This document shows positions 35,565 to 44,583 of a DNA stretch of 44,583 nucleotides, piece by piece (positions within the stretch are counted from its first letter, which is position 1; the number at the start of each line of letters is the position of its first letter). The position numbers were made by a program, and so were the translations under genes. Source of the stretch: Candidatus Heimdallarchaeota archaeon. GTDB lineage: Archaea > Asgardarchaeota > Heimdallarchaeia > Heimdallarchaeales > Heimdallarchaeaceae. Below the pieces are notes generated by a model that made no database searches, had not been told where the DNA came from, and saw only the letters and a program-made list of their open reading frames with translations. The stretch is from assembly GCA_016839945.1 (NCBI GenBank), contig JAEOTE010000161.1:1-44583 (forward strand), given 5' to 3'.

Positions 35565-37105
35565 GCAGAGAGATCAAAGTAAGAAATTTCCACCAAGCTA
35601 AATGGGATGAACCAGTGATTTTTGAATTAAGTAGTAAAGGAGAACGAGGAATTTTATTTCCAGAGATTGAGAAAGAAATCGAAGAAATTATTGGTGATGG
35701 AATTTCCAATTTACCGAAAAATATGGTAAGAGAACAACCACCTAATCTCCCAGAACTTTCTCAAATGCAGGTTCTAAAACACTATCTTCGTTTATCACAA
35801 CAAACTCTAGGAGCAGATTTGAATGTTGATATTGGACAAGGAACATGCACAATGAAATATAGTCCAAAAATTAATGAAAAATTCGCTACATCTCCAAAGC
35901 TTACTGAGCTTCATCCTTCGCAAGATGAAACTACTGTTCAAGGGATTCTGGAGATAATCTACAAATTAGATCTTTTTCTAAGAGAAATATCGGGATTAGA
36001 TAAATTTACTTTCCAACCAGGAGGAGGAAGTCAAGCTATATTTGCAATGGCTTCTATTATTTATACACATCATGAAAATAACGGTGAAACAGAAAAACGC
36101 GATGAAATAATTTCTACGATGTTTTCTCACCCTTCAGATGCAGCAGCACCAAATGTCAAAGGATATAGAGTTATCAATATTTATCCCAATGAAGACGGAT
36201 TACCTGATGTAGAAGCTCTCAAAGAAGCTGTTTCTGATCGTACAGCTGGATTGTTAATTACTAATCCAGAAGATACAGGAATTTTTAATCCTAAAATAAA
36301 AGAGTTCACAAGAATTGTTCACGAGGTTGGAGGGGTTTGTGGTTATGATCAAGCGAATGCTAATGGTATTCTAGGTATTACTAGAGCAAAAGAAGCTGAT
36401 TTCGATCTTTGTTTCTTTAATCTGCACAAAACCTTTTCATCTCCTCACGGCTGTGGAGGTCCTGCAACGGGAGCTCTTGGTGTAACTAAAGAATTTATAC
36501 AATATTTACCTGTTCCTTTAGTAGAATTTGATGAGAAAAAATACTATTTCAATTATGATATCCCTAAAAGCATTGGAAAAGTGAGAGCATACTATGGTGT
36601 AGTTCCTGCTATATTGAGAGCATATTCTTGGATTATGAGTTTAGGTAATGATGGATTAAAAGAAGCATCTCAAATTGCTGTGCTCAACAACAATTACCTC
36701 TTAAAGAAAGTACTAAAAATTCGTGGAGCAAGTGCACCGTACGCAGAGGAAAGACATCGAATTGAGCAAGTTCGTTTTAGTTGGGAAGAGCTTTACAAAG
36801 AAACAGGAATAACTACAGAGGACGTTACATGCCGTATGGTTGATTTTGGTTTTCATATGTGGTCTAGTCATCATCCGTTTATTGTTCCACAACCTTTCAC
36901 ACTTGAACCCACTGAATCTTACTCAAAAGCTGAATTAGATGAATATATTGCTGGATTGAAGAAAGTTGTTGAAGAAGCATATGAAAATCCAGAGGTGGTT
37001 AAGAGCGCACCTCATAGAAGTGTTGTACACAAAATTGATGCAGATTCATTGGATGATCCATCAAAGTGGGCTATTACTTGGAGAGCTTATTTGAAAAAAA
37101 AGTAG
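35561..37105 (+). CDS. gcvPB: Glycine cleavage P-protein subunit 2-like (divergent; PLP Lys retained)
   Basis: EPVIFE, HY.RLSQ, GTCTMKY.PK.NE, NLHKTFSSPHGCGGP, EPTES.SK.ELD. Start revised to ATG 35561 (GGAGGAG SD, ATGA overlap with gcvPA). Confidence 0.87.
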   Translation: MSREIKVRNFHQAKWDEPVIFELSSKGERGILFPEIEKEIEEIIGDGISNLPKNMVREQPPNLPELSQMQVLKHYLRLSQQTLGADLNVDIGQGTCTMKYSPKINEKFATSPKLTELHPSQDETTVQGILEIIYKLDLFLREISGLDKFTFQPGGGSQAIFAMASIIYTHHENNGETEKRDEIISTMFSHPSDAAAPNVKGYRVINIYPNEDGLPDVEALKEAVSDRTAGLLITNPEDTGIFNPKIKEFTRIVHEVGGVCGYDQANANGILGITRAKEADFDLCFFNLHKTFSSPHGCGGPATGALGVTKEFIQYLPVPLVEFDEKKYYFNYDIPKSIGKVRAYYGVVPAILRAYSWIMSLGNDGLKEASQIAVLNNNYLLKKVLKIRGASAPYAEERHRIEQVRFSWEELYKETGITTEDVTCRMVDFGFHMWSSHHPFIVPQPFTLEPTESYSKAELDEYIAGLKKVVEEAYENPEVVKSAPHRSVVHKIDADSLDDPSKWAITWRAYLKKK

Positions 37106-37134
37106 AATCAGGAATTGTATAAAGTTGAGTTGAA

Positions 37135-38250
37135 ATGAAGAAGCTAGGTTTAATAGTAAATCCAATCGCTGGCATGGGAGGTAAAGTAGGGCTTAAAGGA
37201 ACTGATGGACTAGCTATTTTACAAAAAGCAAGAAGTTTAGGCGCAAAACCCATATCACCGAAACGAACTATTGAGGCATTGGAAAGACTTGTTTTTCTCA
37301 AAGATGAGATTGAGATAATTACTTATCCTGGTGAAATGGGAGAAAATGTAACTAAACAATGCGGATTTAACCCAAAAGTTATAGGAGCCATAATAGAAGG
37401 AAAAACCACCGCCCACGACACTCAGCAAGCATGTAAAGATTTTCTCAACTATAAAATTGATTTCTTACTTTTTGCTGGGGGGGACGGAACAGCAAGAGAC
37501 ATCTACAAGACTATTGGAGACAAAGTAGTTGTTCTTGGAATTCCAACCGGTGTTAAAATCCATTCAGCTGTTTATGCTTGTAATCCAATGAGAGCAGGGG
37601 ATCTAGCCGCATTGTATCTACAAGGAAAGACAAAAGAGCTAAAAGAAGCAGAAGTTATGGATGTCGATGAAGAAGCATTCAGAGACGGAATCGTATCTGC
37701 AAAACTATATGGTTACTTAAGAATCCCATTTGAGAGAAAACATATCCAAGGATCAAAAACAGGCAGCTCAACAACTGAAAAGTATTCGCAAGAAGCAATA
37801 GCCCAAGAAATTATCGAAAATATGGATGACGATTTCTTCTATATCATTGGACCTGGCACAACTACTAGAACAATTATGGAAAAATTAGAGTTAGATTATA
37901 CTTTGTTAGGTGTAGACCTTATTTTAAGAAAAAAACTTATCAAAAAAGACCTAAATGAAGAAGAACTTCTTGAGCTTATAGGAGAAAATAAAGCTAAAAT
38001 CATTGTCACTCCTATAGGTGGTCAAGGTTTCTTATTAGGAAGAGGTAATCAACAATTGAGTCCAGAAGTAATTAAGAAAATTGGAAAAGATAATATCATA
38101 GTTATAGCCACTAAACAGAAAATTAATTCCTTAAATGGAAAACCATTTTTAATTGACTCAGGAGACAATAAGTTAGATTTAGCACTAAGTGGTTATGTTA
38201 TTGTAACTACTGGATATCGTGAAAGTGCTGTTTATAGAATATCCTTATAG
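37135..38250 (+). CDS. ATP-NAD kinase-like protein (AcoX/COG3199-type)
   Basis: [48 protein letters not shown]. Confidence 0.88.
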   Translation: MKKLGLIVNPIAGMGGKVGLKGTDGLAILQKARSLGAKPISPKRTIEALERLVFLKDEIEIITYPGEMGENVTKQCGFNPKVIGAIIEGKTTAHDTQQACKDFLNYKIDFLLFAGGDGTARDIYKTIGDKVVVLGIPTGVKIHSAVYACNPMRAGDLAALYLQGKTKELKEAEVMDVDEEAFRDGIVSAKLYGYLRIPFERKHIQGSKTGSSTTEKYSQEAIAQEIIENMDDDFFYIIGPGTTTRTIMEKLELDYTLLGVDLILRKKLIKKDLNEEELLELIGENKAKIIVTPIGGQGFLLGRGNQQLSPEVIKKIGKDNIIVIATKQKINSLNGKPFLIDSGDNKLDLALSGYVIVTTGYRESAVYRISL

Positions 38251-38369
38251 AAAGTAAAAAATAACCCACTTTCTGTGATTAGACGCTTCTAGAGGCTAAA
38301 ATTCTCCTTCTCTTCATGTCTTTTATGAATTTATGAGTTTAAATATTAATCTCTGTTTAATATATCAGG

Positions 38370-39320
38370 ATGTCCCGCTACGCTACGCTTCTACTCTTGT
38401 TAAAGCATATGGGATACGTTAATGGGAGAGTGCAGTTTCAAAAACTTGTCTTTTTACTAGAAAAAAATTACCATATTAATAGTGGCTATGATTTTATTCC
38501 ATTCAAATTTGGCCCTTATTGCCAAACAATTCAAGAGGACATCCAACATTTGATAGATTACGGTTATGTAGAGCATGAGGAAGTGGAAAAACCTGCAGGG
38601 GAGTTTTTACATCGTTATCAAATAACAGAATATGGAGAACAATATATTCTAGAAAACGATTTTGGTGAAATTTACGATCAAGTTATACAAGATTTATGTT
38701 ATGATTTCAAGAATTACAGCACAAGACAAATCGTTGAATATGTTTATGAAAATTATCCTGAATATACAGCCCATTCTGAAATAAAAGAGTTATACTTCCA
38801 ACCGAAACCTAAGAGAGAAGAGTTTACTTCAGCTGATAAGCTGCTCGATAGAAAGCCCATTATTACTCCGTCCTTTGTAAAATGGTTAGATGAAGAAATC
38901 AAAACAACAACAAAAGAACTAGATGTGACTGAGGTCCCTATGGAACAACAATCAGATGAGTTGTATATTGATGATTTAGTAATAGAAATGTTAGACATTG
39001 CTTATGAAGACATCGCTTCTAAAGCTCAGGAAATTTCGACCAAAATTATGCTTGAGGATTATAGTGAATCAGGAGCTATAAACAACAAAATGTATTATAT
39101 CTTCGAGATTTTAGAAAATCTACTCAGTGCACTCCAAGAAAAAGATCTAATAGGAATATATACAGAATTTGCTAATACTAAAACTAATATACAAATGCTA
39201 GATGAGCTTATAGCACTGTATAGAACTTCTTTGAAATCTGATCTAGTTAGATTGCTTTTTGAATTCATAGAAGATGTTGGATTTTTCTTAGATAGTATAG
39301 ACAAAATAGTTACTCTTTGA
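38370..39320 (+). CDS. DUF4065/Panacea (SocA/YwgA-like) winged-helix protein with acidic helical C-terminal extension
   Basis: GRVQFQKLVFLL, YDF.P.KFGPY, Y.IT..G, YVY..YPEY. Confidence 0.75.
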   Translation: MSRYATLLLLLKHMGYVNGRVQFQKLVFLLEKNYHINSGYDFIPFKFGPYCQTIQEDIQHLIDYGYVEHEEVEKPAGEFLHRYQITEYGEQYILENDFGEIYDQVIQDLCYDFKNYSTRQIVEYVYENYPEYTAHSEIKELYFQPKPKREEFTSADKLLDRKPIITPSFVKWLDEEIKTTTKELDVTEVPMEQQSDELYIDDLVIEMLDIAYEDIASKAQEISTKIMLEDYSESGAINNKMYYIFEILENLLSALQEKDLIGIYTEFANTKTNIQMLDELIALYRTSLKSDLVRLLFEFIEDVGFFLDSIDKIVTL

Positions 39321-39348
39321 TGTTTAGTTAAAAATCATGTAAAAAGAG

Positions 39349-39368
39349 AAAAAAAGGAGTTTTCTCCT
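39349..39368 (-). terminator. Possible terminator of ppdK
   Basis: AGGAG-N4-CTCCT hairpin directly after the stop, followed by a T-run. Confidence 0.4.
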
Positions 39369-42074
39369 CTATTTATTTCTTAAAGTTGCTTGAGCAGCTG
39401 AAAGACGAGCTATTGGAACACGGAAGGGACTACAGGAAACATAATCCAAACCGATTCTGTAACAGAAATCAATAGATTTAGGATCCCCGCCCTGCTCACC
39501 GCAAATTCCACACTCTAAACCTGGTCTTGCTTCTCTTCCTTCATCCACACACATTTTCATTAGTCTTCCTACACCTTTTTCTTCAATAGAAACAAAAGGA
39601 TCGTTTTCTATTATTCCCTTTTCCATATATTGTGAAATAAATGGACCCGCATCATCTCTACTGAAACCAAGTGTCATTTGATGAAGATCGTTTGTACCAA
39701 AACTATAAAATTCCGCACCATTTTCACCGCTTGCCACTTCAGCACTTGTTAAGGCAGCTCTAGGTACTTCAATCATTGTTCCGACTAGATATTTGAATTC
39801 AACACCTTCATTTTGCATTACTTCTTTTGCAATTCGATCTATGATCTTCTTTTGATTTTGGAATTCTTTAGCAAAGCCAATAAGAGGTACCATAACTTCT
39901 GGATAAACGTCTATATCACTTTTCAGTATCTTTGCAGCAGCTTTGAAAATTGCTCTAGCTTGCATTTCAGTGACAATAGGCATTGTTATTCCAAGTCTAC
40001 ATCCTCTCAGCCCTAACATAGGATTTTGTTCTTTCATGTCTCGTACTACATCTAACAGACTATATTGCTCGCTAAGTTCATCATCTTTCTTTCCTTCAAG
40101 CTTTGATTCATAGATTTCAACTAGAAGCTCTTCTTCACTTGGTAAGAACTCATGTAGCGGTGGATCAATTAAACGAATTATAACAGGGAGCCCTTTTGCT
40201 ACTTCAAAAAGACCTTCAAAATCTGCTTTTTGAATTGGTTCTAGTTGATCTACAAAATGCTTTCTCTCTTCATCATTCTTCGCAAGTATCATTCCTCTTA
40301 CAAGATCTAGGTTATCAAAGAACATATGTTCAGTACGACAAAGACCTATTCCTTGTGCCCCAAATTCTAATGCTTTCTTAAATTGATCTGGCTTATCTGC
40401 ATTAGCTTTTACTCCAAGTTTTGCTACTTCATCACACCATTCAAGTAAAGTACTCATTGATGGTGGTAATTTAGCAGGTTTTGTAGGTAATTTTTCTGCG
40501 TAGATTGATCCATCTTCTCCATCAATTGTTATCCAATCACCTTCTTTGACTATCTGATTATTGGCAGTTAATGCTCGTTTTTCGACATCAATAGAGATTC
40601 CTCCCTTTTCACTTCCTACTATGCATGCTTTACCAATTTGACGTGCAACAATAGCTGCATGGCTAGTCAAACCACCTTTCATTGTAAGAATACCATTGCT
40701 TGCAGCCATCCCATGGAAATCCTCAGGTGTGGTTTCTACTCTTACCAAAATTACATCGAATTGTTTATTAGCTTGCTCTTGAGCTTTGTCTGCATCAAAA
40801 ATTGCGATCCCTGTTGCAGCTGCTGCTCCAGCAGCTAAACCTGAGCCTAGGTATTTGTCTTTTAATTTTTCTTTGATTTGACTAATTTGAGCGTTAGAAT
40901 CTATTTTACTCCAATCAACTGATGGAAAGAGTGCATTTTCTACATCACTTGGTTCGATTCTTAGAATTGCTTCCTCCTTTGTAATAAAACCTTCATTGAA
41001 CATATCGTAAGCAATTTGTCCAGCAGCGATACCTGTTCTTTTTCCGCTTCTTGTTTGTAGCATATAGAGTTTTCCTTGTTGAATCGTAAACTCCATATCT
41101 TGCATGTCTCTGTATCTTTTTTCCAATATTTCAGAGATTTCAACCAACTGTTCATAAGACTCAGGCATATCTTCCTTTAGGTTATCAATTGGTTCAGGAG
41201 TACGAATTCCTGCAACAACATCTTCTCCTTGTGCATTTATAAGATATTCACCATAAAGCATTTTCATGCCATCGGATGGATCACGTGTGAATGCTACACC
41301 TGTAGCAGAAGTTTCTCCTAAATTACCATAAACCATAGTTACAATATTTATAGCTGTACCCAAATCATGGGGGATTCCTTGGTAATTTCTATAATCTACT
41401 GCTCTTTTAGTATTCCAGCTTCTAAAAACTGCACGAATTGCATCATCAAGTTGTTTCTTTGGATCTTGAGGAAAATCTTCTCCTAATTGTTCTTTATAAA
41501 TTTCTTTATACTTTATGATTAGTTTCTTTAGTTCTTCAGCTGGTATTTCAGTATCTGATTCTACCCGCAGTTCTTCTTTCAGTTTTTCTAATTCTTTCTC
41601 AAAATGCTCTTTACTGACACCCTTAACTACATCAGCATACATGTAGAAAAACCGTCTATAAGAATCATAAGCAAATCTTGGATCATTCGAGATTTTAGCT
41701 AGTCCTTCTACTGAAGCATCATTCAATCCCAGATTCAAAACTGTATCCATCATACCAGGCATGGATATTCTTGCACCAGATCGAACAGAAACCAACAATG
41801 GATCTTCGTTATCTCCTAATTTCTTACCAACAAAATCTTCTAATGAAACCAGTACATCATCTATTTCTTCCTTCAAACCTTCTGGGTAAGTTTCGTTCTT
41901 CTCTAGAAAATGAAGGCATGCATTTGTAGAGATTACAAAACCTGATGGGACAGGTAATCCTATAGAAGTCATTTCTGCTAGATTTGCACCTTTTCCACCT
42001 AACAAATCTTTCAAATCTGCACTTCCTTCACATATTTCCTTGTTAAAGAATTTGTAAACATATTTTTCAGTCAT
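39369..42074 (-). CDS. ppdK: Pyruvate, phosphate dikinase
   Basis: LLGGKGANLAEM, SVRSGARISMPGMMDT, GGLTSHAA (phospho-His), GIGLCRTEHMF, SFGTNDL, CGE.GGDP. Confidence 0.97.
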   Translation of the reverse strand: MTEKYVYKFFNKEICEGSADLKDLLGGKGANLAEMTSIGLPVPSGFVISTNACLHFLEKNETYPEGLKEEIDDVLVSLEDFVGKKLGDNEDPLLVSVRSGARISMPGMMDTVLNLGLNDASVEGLAKISNDPRFAYDSYRRFFYMYADVVKGVSKEHFEKELEKLKEELRVESDTEIPAEELKKLIIKYKEIYKEQLGEDFPQDPKKQLDDAIRAVFRSWNTKRAVDYRNYQGIPHDLGTAINIVTMVYGNLGETSATGVAFTRDPSDGMKMLYGEYLINAQGEDVVAGIRTPEPIDNLKEDMPESYEQLVEISEILEKRYRDMQDMEFTIQQGKLYMLQTRSGKRTGIAAGQIAYDMFNEGFITKEEAILRIEPSDVENALFPSVDWSKIDSNAQISQIKEKLKDKYLGSGLAAGAAAATGIAIFDADKAQEQANKQFDVILVRVETTPEDFHGMAASNGILTMKGGLTSHAAIVARQIGKACIVGSEKGGISIDVEKRALTANNQIVKEGDWITIDGEDGSIYAEKLPTKPAKLPPSMSTLLEWCDEVAKLGVKANADKPDQFKKALEFGAQGIGLCRTEHMFFDNLDLVRGMILAKNDEERKHFVDQLEPIQKADFEGLFEVAKGLPVIIRLIDPPLHEFLPSEEELLVEIYESKLEGKKDDELSEQYSLLDVVRDMKEQNPMLGLRGCRLGITMPIVTEMQARAIFKAAAKILKSDIDVYPEVMVPLIGFAKEFQNQKKIIDRIAKEVMQNEGVEFKYLVGTMIEVPRAALTSAEVASGENGAEFYSFGTNDLHQMTLGFSRDDAGPFISQYMEKGIIENDPFVSIEEKGVGRLMKMCVDEGREARPGLECGICGEQGGDPKSIDFCYRIGLDYVSCSPFRVPIARLSAAQATLRNK

Positions 42075-42183
42075 TAATATTACACCTATGGATTTTTCAA
42101 ACTAAGCTAGTATTTTGAACATTATGTTTTATGTTTTTCTTTATAAAGATAAAGTTTAACAAAGAACAAAAATCTACTAAACT

Positions 42184-42990
42184 GTGAAAGATTATTTAAT
42201 TTTACTAACAAATGATGACGGTATTAAATCCGAAGGTTTAATGTCTCTTAGAAAATACTTGAGCAAAACATCGAAAGTAATTTGTGTAGCGCCTGCTGAA
42301 CCAAGTTCTGCAGTATCGAAAGCTTTGACATTTCACAAACCACTTCGTTTCTTCCCCGTTACATTTGAGGACGGTGATGCTGGATACAGCACTACTGGTT
42401 CACCTGCAGATAATGTTCATGTTGGATTTCATATATTAAAGAAAAAACCAGATATTGTTGTGAGTGGAATAAACTATGGAGACAATTCTTCGATTCACTC
42501 AATATTAACAAGTGGAACATGTGCTGCTGCGTTTGAAGCAGCTTTTAATGATGTTCCCGCTATTGCTTTTTCTGCTGATGTTGCAGAGGATATTCAACTT
42601 ACTCAAATAGGGATAAATTTTGAAAAAATGGCTCAGATTTCTCAAAATATCGTTGATTTTACACTTAAAATGGATTGGCCAAAAGGATTAGCTTTTCTGA
42701 ACGTGAATTATCCTACTGAAATTAATAATAAAACTGAAATCTATATCACCAAACCTATTTTGTACAAATATGATAATTACATGGTTGAGAAAAAGGATCC
42801 TAGAGGAGTTCCATACCTTTGGCTTTGGGGAGAGAAGAAAAGAAATTTTCCTGAATATACCGATACATGGTCCGTATGTGATAAGAAAGGTATCAGTATT
42901 TCACCCATTGGAATAAATCTCAATATTGAAACAGATCAATCACTTATGTTAGTAGAATCAGTAAAAACACAGATAGAAAGCAGTTTGTGA
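42184..42990 (+). CDS. surE: 5'/3'-nucleotidase SurE
   Basis: ILLTNDDG, GSPAD, VSGINYGDN, SGT.AAA.EA, LNVNYP. Confidence 0.95.
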   Translation: MKDYLILLTNDDGIKSEGLMSLRKYLSKTSKVICVAPAEPSSAVSKALTFHKPLRFFPVTFEDGDAGYSTTGSPADNVHVGFHILKKKPDIVVSGINYGDNSSIHSILTSGTCAAAFEAAFNDVPAIAFSADVAEDIQLTQIGINFEKMAQISQNIVDFTLKMDWPKGLAFLNVNYPTEINNKTEIYITKPILYKYDNYMVEKKDPRGVPYLWLWGEKKRNFPEYTDTWSVCDKKGISISPIGINLNIETDQSLMLVESVKTQIESSL

Positions 42991-43059
42991 ATAATTTTTT
43001 TTCTTTGATTTTTCACTACCTCTTTAAATACTAATATCAGAAATACCAATTGATAGAGT

Positions 43060-44460
43060 GTGTCCATCGAATCACGAGAATATCAGGATTATATTGTTGA
43101 AAAAATCTCTGAATTAGTGGATACAAAAAATAACGTTATTCTTGAACTTGATTGTGGTATGGGAAAACGCGTTTTAATTTATCGTCTTCTTACTGAAATC
43201 TTTAGTGAAAAAAAAGTGGTAGTTTTTCTTCAAACACATTCTTCTCTTGAAGAAACAATCCAATATTTAGAAAAAGAATATGGTGGAGTAGAGGGGCTTA
43301 CAGCCATTAAGAGTGGGTCTAATGCATCTTATAGAAAATATATCATTGCAAACAATAGAGTTATCTTAACACTTCCTACTGTTTTTTCTAATACGCTTCA
43401 GAAATTTCCTGAATTAGCTGATGAAATTGAGATATGCATAATAAATGAAGTAGATCAAATAATTCGTCGCGTTTCTCATCGTAGAATATTATGTGTTCCA
43501 TGGAACAAAATTATCCAACAGATGAGTGATAAAGTGTTCATTGGCATGAGTGGGACTTTGCGAGACAATCATCTTGTTCTAGATGAAAATCAACTTCTCT
43601 TACGAAATGAGTTAAAAACTTTGATAGATTTTATTCCAAAAAGCTCCATTATTACAATTGAGGATTTTATTGACACTGACTTACAAGATTACATAAGACA
43701 TACAGAAGTCGCTATACAGCCTGTTGTTGATGAAAAAACTGCTGAAATTATACAAATGCTAACAGAACAAATTGAAAATCTTAAAAATGAGATAATCCAA
43801 GAGGTAAAAGAAACATCTCCAAAAGATTTTCATCAACTCGAAAGAGAGTTTTACCAAAAATTACCATTATTATCTGTAGAAACTGAGTTAATTGAGAAGT
43901 TTAATCGTCTTCTTCTTTTGAGAAAATATGTTTATTCGATGCCTGCGAATACTTACAGAAATTATCTTCTTCGATATGGTATTGATAAAAACATACTCAA
44001 AAATCTTCCAGAAATAAGTGGAAAGGAAGCAGAAGTAATAAATTTAGTAAAGCAAACACAGAAAGCCACAATACTTTGTTCATTTCTGTCTACAGTAGAT
44101 TCTCTAACTGATCTTCTAGGAAAGGAAGGCATAACTACGTTCAAAGTTACTGGAAAAATAAAAAATAAGAACGAGATTATTAATTCTTTTAAGAAATCAA
44201 AAGAGAAATCAACTCTTGTTTTATCTCCCATAGGAGAAAGAGATATTGACATTCCGCAAACAGATTTAATTATTGTTTTTGATCTTGTCAATTCACCTAA
44301 GACAGTATATCAGAAAATGAAAAGGAGTAGAGGAGGTAAAGTGGTTTTATTGTTTTATGAAAATACATCAGAAAAGAAGAAAGTTAAGAGGGTTGTAAGT
44401 GAAATAGCTGTTCGGTACCCTTGGTCTTTAATTATGTATTCAAACGAGGAAAAACAATGA
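43060..44460 (+). CDS. SF2 (Hef/FANCM/XPB-like) helicase-fold protein with degenerate ATPase motifs
   Basis: REYQ Q-motif, LDCGMGKR, INEVD, GMSGT, GERDIDIP, QKMKRSRG. Confidence 0.75.
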   Translation: MSIESREYQDYIVEKISELVDTKNNVILELDCGMGKRVLIYRLLTEIFSEKKVVVFLQTHSSLEETIQYLEKEYGGVEGLTAIKSGSNASYRKYIIANNRVILTLPTVFSNTLQKFPELADEIEICIINEVDQIIRRVSHRRILCVPWNKIIQQMSDKVFIGMSGTLRDNHLVLDENQLLLRNELKTLIDFIPKSSIITIEDFIDTDLQDYIRHTEVAIQPVVDEKTAEIIQMLTEQIENLKNEIIQEVKETSPKDFHQLEREFYQKLPLLSVETELIEKFNRLLLLRKYVYSMPANTYRNYLLRYGIDKNILKNLPEISGKEAEVINLVKQTQKATILCSFLSTVDSLTDLLGKEGITTFKVTGKIKNKNEIINSFKKSKEKSTLVLSPIGERDIDIPQTDLIIVFDLVNSPKTVYQKMKRSRGGKVVLLFYENTSEKKKVKRVVSEIAVRYPWSLIMYSNEEKQ

Positions 44461-44556
44461 AATTTTTCTGGTCATAATTCATAAGCTTTTTAATATATCA
44501 AAAATCCCCTTTAGAGCGAGGACAATTTAGTTTTTATCTTGCGCATGGGTGTTAAA

Positions 44557-44583
44557 ATGTCTAAGAAAAAGGATAAAACAGAT
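44557..44583 (+). CDS. Possible start of the next gene, truncated by the window edge
   Basis: ATG TCT AAG AAA AAG... stays open to the end; GGGTG upstream. Confidence 0.3.

Noticed and set aside
5448-44291. Numerous short ORFs antisense to or nested in well-supported genes (e.g. 7888..8163, 19301..19600, 25021..25347, 28803..29069, 29319..29696, 32303..32641, 43962..44291)
   Set aside because: They overlap confident genes or promoter regions and show no recognisable motifs.
1-44583. Selenocysteine/pyrrolysine read-through or genetic-code change
   Set aside because: Recognisable genes are full length with standard stops; no in-frame stop interrupts a conserved domain.

Overview
AT-rich archaeal chromosome segment, most likely from an Asgard archaeon (Heimdallarchaeia-like). 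This is inferred from a Rab-like GTPase without a prenylation site, membrane-anchored beta-helix surface proteins, a PCI-like winged helix, archaeal uS7/uL16, intron-containing tRNAs and BRE-TATA promoters driving leaderless genes. Most of the window is housekeeping or metabolic: sufS, fau-1, udg, a phosphomutase, cyclophilin, rps7, rpl10e, two PAP2 phosphatases, ppdK and surE. It also holds three tRNA genes: Ser-CGA, Asp-GTC with an intron, and Met-CAT with an intron. Highlights: (1) a 2089-bp IS200/IS605-like element (19814-21902) encoding an unusually large 646-aa TnpB with His at the RuvC-III Asp position and a readable pseudoknotted omegaRNA. It is inserted exactly in the udg stop codon, which it regenerates. 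(2) Three tandem paralogues with signal peptide - FKBP-like ectodomain - TM - C8 RING-like zinc finger, lying between two tRNAs and near the Rab-like GTPase. (3) A >1150-aa receptor-like ORF missed by the ORF track (ectodomain, 7 TM, PCI-like wHTH, AbrB-like repeats). (4) A divergent gcvPA/gcvPB operon with two SDRs and a kinase-like gene, without gcvH/gcvT. (5) tRNAs with atypical identity elements, and several probable pseudo-enzymes. All family assignments come from motif recognition by eye; no searches were run.
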